From: a virus
Lineage: Duplodnaviria > Caudoviricetes
Reading direction: 5' to 3' (one strand)
Length of the DNA: 39,594 bases
Virus record (IMG/VR): IMGVR_UViG_3300036803_000063
Span: 1 to 39,594 of that record
In this document: piece after piece, positions 33,006 through 39,594 of the stretch
Layout of the letters: each line of letters starts with the position of its first letter
Numbering within the stretch: the stretch's first letter is position 1
Notes under the pieces: model-generated
What the model was told of the DNA's origin: nothing
What the model saw: only the letters and a program-made list of their open reading frames with translations
Database searches by the model: none
Program-made: the position numbers and the translations under genes

Positions 33006-33211
33006 GGCGTGCCATCCAATCCGGGCAGCATCTTGTGTCCCGGTGGTGGCGTGCGCACCGGCGCCGCAGCGCGGCGCCGGAATTCCTCGGTCAACGCCGA
33101 CGCGGCCGCAAGCTGGGCCAGACTCGTTCGAGGCTTCTGTTGTAGCTGGCCTATGAGCTCGACCAGGATCTCCCGACGGGCCTGGGCGATCTCCTCGCGC
33201 GCGCGGGCCAT
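33002..33211 (-). CDS. Hypothetical protein (69 aa)
   Basis: Translationally coupled on both sides. Confidence 0.55.
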   Translation of the reverse strand: MARAREEIAQARREILVELIGQLQQKPRTSLAQLAAASALTEEFRRRAAAPVRTPPPGHKMLPGLDGTP

Positions 33212-33744
33212 CAGAGCTTCGCCGGATTATCAGCGGGCAGCGCCTCGCGCGCCGCGTAGTACTCCGACAGCGGGATGCGGGTCAGGTGCTCGCAAGGTGG
33301 ATGTTCGATGCCCCAGCTCAGCAAGTGACCGTCCGGGACGGTAAGTACGCCGGCCCGTGACCACCGAGAATGATCAACGTCGAGGATGGCCGGCATGACT
33401 CCGTGCGCCTCCAGCACGGTGGAGATCTTCGGACGCTTATTGAGTGTGACCATCTCTGTTCGCCATGGATCGCCCGTCTTGCCTCGATTAGTGGGCACCA
33501 GTTCATCGCGATTGCGACTACGAAACAGTCCCTTCGGCGGATCGCTGGCGGGATCGGCATCGAAGAAGCCGACGCACCTCAGATCACCGAAAACAGTGTG
33601 CTGCCACATCGAGTGCACCGGTGCGTGCGCATCTTCCCATGGACCGAGTACGTCGCGCTGGAAGTCCTCGCGGGCCTGATGGTAGGCGTGCAGAGCGGCA
33701 CTGAGAGCCTCACTGGCGCGGTAAGCGTACTTCTCTGAGGTCAT
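33211..33744 (-). CDS. Hypothetical protein (177 aa)
   Basis: GAGGAG RBS; downstream of an early-type promoter. Confidence 0.7.
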   Translation of the reverse strand: MTSEKYAYRASEALSAALHAYHQAREDFQRDVLGPWEDAHAPVHSMWQHTVFGDLRCVGFFDADPASDPPKGLFRSRNRDELVPTNRGKTGDPWRTEMVTLNKRPKISTVLEAHGVMPAILDVDHSRWSRAGVLTVPDGHLLSWGIEHPPCEHLTRIPLSEYYAAREALPADNPAKL

Positions 33745-33765
33745 GTCTCGTCTCCTCGAATCGAA

Positions 33766-33789
33766 ACCGGAACAGAGTCTAGGCTACCA
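33766..33789 (-). promoter_or_regulatory. Early-type promoter TGG-TAGCCT-N6-TGTTCCGGT
   Basis: Repeated motif with the same spacing. Confidence 0.65.
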
Positions 33790-34033
33790 CGGCCGCGCGG
33801 CGAGAATAAGCCCCCCGGTTACGCGGCACGGTGGCGGACTTGCGGACCACCGGCGCGCCGCCGCCGTCATCGAGCACGGCTAGGGCGGTGGCGATGCACT
33901 GCGGATGCACCGGCCCCGCCGTCGGGTGGTGCCACATCGTTGACGTACGACACGCCAGACAGCCACCCAACGGGCCAGGCATGAGCACCGCCAGCCACTC
34001 CGCCACCTCGATCGGACCCCTGATGTCGATCAT
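33779..34033 (-). CDS. Small CxxC...HxxC protein
   Basis: ATGA-coupled to the primase; CLAC...VHPQC. Confidence 0.6.
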   Translation of the reverse strand: MIDIRGPIEVAEWLAVLMPGPLGGCLACRTSTMWHHPTAGPVHPQCIATALAVLDDGGGAPVVRKSATVPRNRGAYSRRAAVVA

Positions 34034-36177
34034 GTTGGCCCCAGCATCCGTATCTCGGCCCGCTTATCCTGAGCGTCGCGATCCACCATCCGCGCGTGCA
34101 CGTGCGCAGCGAGATCATCAGCGGCCAGAATGTCGGCCGCCAGGCGCACCCAGGTCAGTTCGTCACACACCGTGCGATGCCCCTCGACCACGGCCATCGT
34201 GGTCGAAGGAATCTTGCAGCCCATCTCATCCAGGGTGTCCATCAGCTTCACCGCCGACTGCGGCGGGAACCCGGCCGCAGCGATCGCCGCCCGCACACTG
34301 TCCAGCGGCAACCACACCTCGATCTCGTCCGGCGAGTCACCCGTCACCCACGGATCCCGCGACGTCACCGCCGTCGCGAACAGCGCCGTGCCCTGACTGC
34401 GCCGCAGCAACCCCACGATGGCCCGACGGGTCATCTCCGCCGGTGTCCCCTCCAGCATCTTCCGGGCCACCTGATACAGCCTCGGCCGCCCTTCGGCCCG
34501 CCACGCCCGGCCAGGCGGCATGTCCACATGCAAGTGCAGGTCATTGAAAATCAGTTCGGTGACCTTGCCCCGCTCACTCCACTCCGACTTAGCCCGCCAC
34601 CGAGTAGAACCCACCGTGTTAGGCCGCCAACTGCCCCCAGAGACCACCGATGAGGCGTCGCGCAGCAACCACACCCGCACCTCGTCATGCTTCTCCAAAC
34701 GGCGCAACCCCACCGCCCACACCGACACCCCAGTAGGCAAACCCAGCTGCACCGCCAGCTGCGCACCGATCGCCATCTCCGTCGCATCCGGCGGGGCCGG
34801 CATCGGACCATCCACACCTTGACGGGGTGCCCGCGCGGCGTCAGCGTGCTCGGTCACCGGATCCGGCTCCGGCTCCACCCGAGTCAGGCGCGGGGGTTGC
34901 GGCTTCCTGGTGTCCTCAGTCACCACGTTCAGATCAGCGACCGGCGGAGCCGGATCGGGCTCACCCTCTACCTCAGGCTTAGAGTCCGGCTCGGCCGTCA
35001 TCGCCGCCACAGCGGCCCGGATCGTCTCGTGATGCGACACGACAGCCGCTTCGGCGGCCCGCAACCGCGCCGCCACCTTGCTGATCGACATCGCCAGGTA
35101 GCTCGTGCGCTTACCCGGATCGACCTTCTCCACCTTGCGACCGATCCGCAGCCGCCGCGACATCACCACCTGCGCCGCGCACTCCACACCCAGGTCATGA
35201 CGCAGCACGGCGGCGATCAGCGCCATGTCGATCGCCGAATCGTCATTCTCGTACTCGTCGTCAGCACGGCCAGAAAAAATCTTGTCCAGCACCTCATCGA
35301 AACCCGAGTCCAGGACCGACTCCAACCAGGCGGGCAGGAAGTCCTTCGAGGTCCGCACCTCAGCCCACAAAACGGGCAGGTCCACCCCGGTCAGGTCGCC
35401 GCCAGCGTCGCCCAGCGGAGAGCTGTAGGAGTCCAGCAGTGCCTGCGGGGCGAGAACAGCCTCGAAAGCCTCCAGCTCATAGCGGCGCGCGGCGTCAACC
35501 TCGATGACCCGCACCGGCAGGTTCTCGCCCTCAACCTTGCGGTTATAGGACCCCGGTGCCCGCATCAGCCGCGCCAGGTCACCCACCGGATCCAGATGCC
35601 AGCCACCCATCTGCCGGGCCTTGATCCGCAGGGTTGTCACGAACGCGTGTGCCAGGGTCGCCGCCCGCGCCCGATCGGCCTCGATCCGGGTTGCGTCGAT
35701 GATCGGCACGCCGTCGTCGTCGGCGTCGACCGCGCCGAAGATGAGCGGTTCGGACAGCCGCCAGAACGCCTGAATCCCGTGCCCGGTGTGCGTGACCACG
35801 GTCGGCGCCAACCCCAGGGAGTAGGCGATCCTCACCGCCGTCTCCACATCCGGGCAGTACGTTTTCTTGCTCTTGTGCGCGGGTGAGGCGATGTCGATGT
35901 CAGCCCACAGGAAGGCAATGCCGGCGGTGTCTTTCACGTCGAGCCGCTCAGCTTCAGCGGTGGCCCCTCTGGTGAGACCTACCCCGATGTAGACCCCCGT
36001 GACCGCGCCCTGGGCCGCGCGCAGGACCGCAGAGCACAGGGGATCAACCTTGGCAGGCGTCCACCGCGTCTGCGGTCCCGGCAACGAGGTGACCGTAAGG
36101 AAACACCCCGCCAGCAACTCGCCGTGATCGCCGAGCAGCGCCTCCGCGAAGGTGCGCGCCTGCTCGGCGTGACTCAC
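34030..36177 (-). CDS. Archaeo-eukaryotic-type (RepB'-like) primase / replication protein
   Basis: LWADIDI (DxD), VVTHTGHGIQAFWRL, DLARLMRAPGSYNRK; helical domain with D.SAID; unassigned C-terminal domain. Confidence 0.8.
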   Translation of the reverse strand: MSHAEQARTFAEALLGDHGELLAGCFLTVTSLPGPQTRWTPAKVDPLCSAVLRAAQGAVTGVYIGVGLTRGATAEAERLDVKDTAGIAFLWADIDIASPAHKSKKTYCPDVETAVRIAYSLGLAPTVVTHTGHGIQAFWRLSEPLIFGAVDADDDGVPIIDATRIEADRARAATLAHAFVTTLRIKARQMGGWHLDPVGDLARLMRAPGSYNRKVEGENLPVRVIEVDAARRYELEAFEAVLAPQALLDSYSSPLGDAGGDLTGVDLPVLWAEVRTSKDFLPAWLESVLDSGFDEVLDKIFSGRADDEYENDDSAIDMALIAAVLRHDLGVECAAQVVMSRRLRIGRKVEKVDPGKRTSYLAMSISKVAARLRAAEAAVVSHHETIRAAVAAMTAEPDSKPEVEGEPDPAPPVADLNVVTEDTRKPQPPRLTRVEPEPDPVTEHADAARAPRQGVDGPMPAPPDATEMAIGAQLAVQLGLPTGVSVWAVGLRRLEKHDEVRVWLLRDASSVVSGGSWRPNTVGSTRWRAKSEWSERGKVTELIFNDLHLHVDMPPGRAWRAEGRPRLYQVARKMLEGTPAEMTRRAIVGLLRRSQGTALFATAVTSRDPWVTGDSPDEIEVWLPLDSVRAAIAAAGFPPQSAVKLMDTLDEMGCKIPSTTMAVVEGHRTVCDELTWVRLAADILAADDLAAHVHARMVDRDAQDKRAEIRMLGPT

Positions 36178-37127
36178 GTCCCTTCCGGCTCTCCCGTGTG
36201 GTCGGCGAAGTCGCCGCCCAGGCCGTCGCCGTCGCCGAACCGCTCGGCGGACACGTTGTCACCTTCATCCTCGGACGGTCCGGCGGCGGCGGCCACGATC
36301 GCCTCCACCGTGAGGACCTTCGCGAACTCCTGGGCGTACTTGTATGACAGCGCGGCCGGCGAACCGTCCTCCGGCCCACCCAGGCGGGTCTTGCGGGCAC
36401 CTTCGAGCAGTCCCGTGATCGAGGGCACGATCTGGGAGTAGGTGTTGCCGTTGGATGTCGCTTCCTTCAGGCTGAAGGTCATCCGCACACCCGAGTAGTG
36501 CATCTGCAACTTCGCCGACAAACTGATCATGAAGGTGCGGACCAGCTTCAGCGACGTCGGCGGCACCGACAGCAGCGTCGGCAGCAGATCTCCCTCACGG
36601 AGTACGAACAGCAGCAACATCTGCTTACAGGCCTTGCCAGAGCCCTTGTGATGGCTCCCGAAGACGTTCATCGGGCACCCCTCGCAGGTCCGCTTAGGCT
36701 CTCCGTTGATCATCAGCGGGATGTTCTTACCGCGATTTTCGCCCAGCTCCCCGAACTCGCCGGTGGCGATCGGGAACTTGCCATCAGCGCTGGAGCACGT
36801 CGGCGGAGTGTGCGAGATGGCATCCGGGTTAGCCGGATCCACTGGCCAGTAGGCCCGCGCGTGCTGCCAGTGAATCAGCACCACGTCCTCCAGGGCGTGC
36901 ACCATCTCCGGGCGCCCAGGGCTCAGCGGGTCCGGGATCTCGAACGACAGCCGCCCGCCCGTCGGGGCCGACACCCGAGTCAGGTCGCTCGCGTTCAGTC
37001 CGGTACCGACGTTGTCCTGCAACACCTCCAGCAGACCATCCACGCCATCGATCAGCGCCGGATAGTTGTCGACGCTCACCACGTCCAGGCCCGCGCCACC
37101 GCGCGTCGCCACTGCCTTACCAGCCAT
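36174..37127 (-). CDS. Phage ssDNA-binding/annealing-like protein
   Basis: RAYW...PPTCSSADG...CEGCPMNVFGS...GKACK...LSVPPTSLK and an acidic C-terminal tail; located next to the primase. Confidence 0.65.
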   Translation of the reverse strand: MAGKAVATRGGAGLDVVSVDNYPALIDGVDGLLEVLQDNVGTGLNASDLTRVSAPTGGRLSFEIPDPLSPGRPEMVHALEDVVLIHWQHARAYWPVDPANPDAISHTPPTCSSADGKFPIATGEFGELGENRGKNIPLMINGEPKRTCEGCPMNVFGSHHKGSGKACKQMLLLFVLREGDLLPTLLSVPPTSLKLVRTFMISLSAKLQMHYSGVRMTFSLKEATSNGNTYSQIVPSITGLLEGARKTRLGGPEDGSPAALSYKYAQEFAKVLTVEAIVAAAAGPSEDEGDNVSAERFGDGDGLGGDFADHTGEPEGT

Positions 37128-37244
37128 GTCACCACTTCCCTCCGTAGCACCCCAGTGAGCCCTGTTGCCCAGCCGGGGGGATCACCACAACCACCCCATT
37201 CGGCGAGTCACGAGGCAATGACGCTAGCCCCGCGACCCGGTCTT

Positions 37245-38243
37245 TCAGCCCCCCGACGCGCCGACGCCCGCCGGATCCACAGCACCGTCGAGTACCGAGC
37301 TGGGAGTCCCCTTGATCCTTCGGCGCGCCCGGGTTTCCCGGCGCGTCGTGAACGTCACCGCGTACCGCTCAGTAGCTTCGATCACCTTCGCCAGGTGCGG
37401 CGGGATCGGCTTGTCCTCGCCCTCCAAGTCCCGCAGGAACGCCGAGAGCTGTTGTGAGTTGTACGACGGTGGGGTCACCAGATGCCCGAACCCATCAGCG
37501 GTCAGCGCGTCGGCGACCTGCTCACCGGTGACATCCTCAGAGACCTTGCGCGCCCACAAAGTGGGGCGCAGCGTGCCGATCCGGTCGCCGAACTGCTCAG
37601 TGTCCTTGCCGGCGTTGACGTACTGGTCGACGAGCTCGGCCTCCACCCGGTCCACCTCCACACCGAGCACCTTGTCGAGCCGGGCCAACTCCTTACGCTG
37701 GGCCTTCAGCGCGTCGAGATACTCACCCAACTTGCGGTCAATGCCACTAGACGTGGTGGACACCGGTGCGGTCGCCATCAACTCCTGCGCCTCGGACGCG
37801 CCCGCCCGAGCGGTGCTTAGGGCCGCCTGATCCATCTCTGCGATGAACTCCGGCACAGGATCGTAGGTCCCGTCATCCATGGCGCGCTGAACCGCGCGGC
37901 GGCGCTCCGTGTGCTCCCACTCCGCTTCAGTGATCTCGGAATCCATCCGCACCGCCATGACCTTGCCCCCGCAGCCAGCGACATGCTGAGCGTGAGGCGT
38001 AGCCATCGCCCACGTACAGATCCAGTCGCGGAAGTAGGCCGGGGCATTCGCCGCGAGGTCACCGACCTCGGCGCGGCAGTAGTCACTGAGGCGATTCAGG
38101 TTCGATGTCGGGTCGGGATCCCCGACCGCGTAGAGCCGGGCGGGAGTCGAAGTTGAGCCTGATGCCACCGGGCCTAGACCGCGCGCGGCGCGGTAGGTGT
38201 CATCGGTGGCCAACAGGTGCTTGTGGGTAGCGAAATCAGACAT
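37245..38243 (-). CDS. Replication-module protein with central coiled coil (function unknown)
   Basis: GGAGGGG RBS; coiled coil followed by YNSQQLSAFLRD...IPPHL, as in genes that precede this SSB type. Confidence 0.6.
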   Translation of the reverse strand: MSDFATHKHLLATDDTYRAARGLGPVASGSTSTPARLYAVGDPDPTSNLNRLSDYCRAEVGDLAANAPAYFRDWICTWAMATPHAQHVAGCGGKVMAVRMDSEITEAEWEHTERRRAVQRAMDDGTYDPVPEFIAEMDQAALSTARAGASEAQELMATAPVSTTSSGIDRKLGEYLDALKAQRKELARLDKVLGVEVDRVEAELVDQYVNAGKDTEQFGDRIGTLRPTLWARKVSEDVTGEQVADALTADGFGHLVTPPSYNSQQLSAFLRDLEGEDKPIPPHLAKVIEATERYAVTFTTRRETRARRRIKGTPSSVLDGAVDPAGVGASGG

Positions 38244-38267
38244 CGGGGAATCCCCTCCATGAGGTCG

Positions 38268-38291
38268 ACCGGAACAGTTCAGACTGTACCA
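38268..38291 (-). promoter_or_regulatory. Early-type promoter TGG-TACAGT-N6-TGTTCCGGT
   Basis: Repeated motif; a further TGTTCCGGT with an imperfect -10 lies at 38391-38411. Confidence 0.65.
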
Positions 38292-38408
38292 GTATCAGCC
38301 GTGGTGACGCAACGTGCGTCTAAGACGGCGCGCCGCTCACAGTGACGCGACGATAGGGCACACCCACGACAGCACCAACGACCACGGCGAACCGGAACAG
38401 TAACGTTG

Positions 38409-39263
38409 TTATCGGGTAGCTACCGACACTCTCGGTAACAGCGGCCACCCACCCTTAGCGGTGGCCCGGATCCGCTCAACATCAGCCGGCAGGCTCGCGA
38501 TCCGTTCGTCGGCCGCCTCCCGAGTCAGCTTCCCGGCCGCCACCTTCTCCTCGATCTTCGCCAGTGCCTTCGGCGTGGTGAAGTAGTCGGCCAGGCCGAG
38601 CTGCGACTCCTCGAACCACAAAATTTGAGCGGCGTGCAGCATCGCGGCATCACCCATAGCCAGCACCGCGCGAGCCTCCCGCTCACCCTTAGACGGCCCG
38701 TACCGACCCGGTGGCCAGCTCCGGCACGTCGCCAGCCGCCACGCCAGGTGACCGGCCGCCAGCGCATCAGCGAACGCGTCATGCGCCGCCGTCAACTCGA
38801 TCTTGTAATGCTGGCACTGAGTGGTCAGGGTGCGCTCACCGGGACGCCACTTGTCACAGCATTTATCGATCAGCAAGGTGTCGATGACCGGCCCCGCAAT
38901 GGCCAGCTCCGTGCCGAGCTCGCGACCGAGATTACGGTCCAAGACCGTCAGGTCGAAATGGACGTTATGCCCGACCAGCGGCACATCAGGGCGCCAGTCG
39001 GACAACACCTCCATCATGTCCTCAAGCACATCGGCGCGCGGCTGGCCATCGACCGTGGCCTCCTCCGTGGAGATCCCATGCACCGCCGTCGCGCCTGGCG
39101 GGATCGGGCGAGTCGGGCGACACAGCCACTTCCACTGTCGCCGCTTCTCGCCAGGCCGCACGTGAATGATCGCCGCCTGGATCAGGTGCGCGTCCTCCGG
39201 CTCCGGCGAGTCCGTCTCGGTGTCGAACAGCAGAAGTTCGCCACGGATCCAATGCTCACCCAT
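38409..39263 (-). CDS. DnaQ-like DEDDh 3'-5' exonuclease
   Basis: FDTET (ExoI), VHGIS, GHNVHFD (ExoII), AHDAFADA (ExoIII); TAATG-coupled start at 39263. Confidence 0.9.
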   Translation of the reverse strand: MGEHWIRGELLLFDTETDSPEPEDAHLIQAAIIHVRPGEKRRQWKWLCRPTRPIPPGATAVHGISTEEATVDGQPRADVLEDMMEVLSDWRPDVPLVGHNVHFDLTVLDRNLGRELGTELAIAGPVIDTLLIDKCCDKWRPGERTLTTQCQHYKIELTAAHDAFADALAAGHLAWRLATCRSWPPGRYGPSKGEREARAVLAMGDAAMLHAAQILWFEESQLGLADYFTTPKALAKIEEKVAAGKLTREAADERIASLPADVERIRATAKGGWPLLPRVSVATR

Positions 39264-39532
39264 TACGATCCCTCGGCCGTCGCAGGGCCAGTGCCACACA
39301 GCACCGAATGCCGCCGGTACAACGGCCCGTAGGTCGCGATCGTCTGTTCACGCTCGAAATGCGGCACTACCTGCGCAGTCAGCTCACCGCCGATATAGTC
39401 CAGCCGCACTCGTCCCGAAAGATCCGGCTCGGCATCCAGCGGAACCGCCTTGCGTTCCGTAATGGTTGTCGCCCAAATGGTTGGCGCCGCGCATCCAGGA
39501 CACACCGACCGGTCACCATCTTTGATCTCCAT
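39263..39532 (-). CDS. Small zinc-binding hypothetical protein
   Basis: CPGCAAPTIW...VPLDAEP...H...C; GGAGAGG RBS. Confidence 0.7.
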   Translation of the reverse strand: MEIKDGDRSVCPGCAAPTIWATTITERKAVPLDAEPDLSGRVRLDYIGGELTAQVVPHFEREQTIATYGPLYRRHSVLCGTGPATAEGS

Positions 39533-39550
39533 ACCTCTCCCATCCCCGAC

Positions 39551-39575
39551 AGCGGAACAATTCCCTATCCTATCA
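39551..39575 (-). promoter_or_regulatory. Early-type promoter TGA-TAGGAT-N7-TGTTCCGCT
   Basis: Variant of the repeated motif. Confidence 0.55.
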
Positions 39576-39594
39576 AGCCCTCGCCGGGTAAGCC

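Noticed and set aside
34687-35886. Long opposite-strand or alternate-frame ORFs (e.g. 34687-35886, 28947-29909, 12215-13183, 5048-6040, 36498-37457)
   Set aside because: They are shadows of well-supported genes, expected in high-GC DNA, with no motifs or RBS
37135-37244. Possible structured leader or riboswitch before the SSB-like gene
   Set aside because: Only short G/C stems, expected by chance at this GC level; no recognisable aptamer
38292-38408. Replication origin or small RNA in the intergenic gap (GCCGTGGT/ACCACGGC, two GTGACGC)
   Set aside because: No AT-rich unwinding element or iteron array; the promoter motifs already explain most of the gap

Overview
High-GC window of a tailed phage (or prophage) of an actinomycete. 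The host is inferred from the GC level, the DUF1906 endolysin, and the DUF2269-like and actinobacterial MetE-like genes. The + strand (1-22049) is a late arm. It encodes a contractile-tail module (tape measure, LysM tube initiator, SLT-hub-NlpC/P60 fusion, spike, gp25-like, J-like and I-like baseplate proteins, tail fibre) interrupted by host-like insertions. It continues with a lysis region rich in membrane proteins and two putative fibre systems: an Ig-like gene with a nested start, and a protein of ~35 20-aa repeats with small partner genes. The - strand (22046-39594) is a replication/recombination arm (DnaQ-like exonuclease, SSB-like protein, AEP primase, Cas4/RecB-like nuclease, two SF1 helicases, VRR-NUC) that also contains the large terminase. 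Two repeated promoter motifs, one late-type and one early-type, and a candidate ~137-nt structured ncRNA were read directly from the DNA. No capsid, portal, sheath, integrase, tRNA or CRISPR is visible. All family assignments come from motif recognition by eye, not from database searches.
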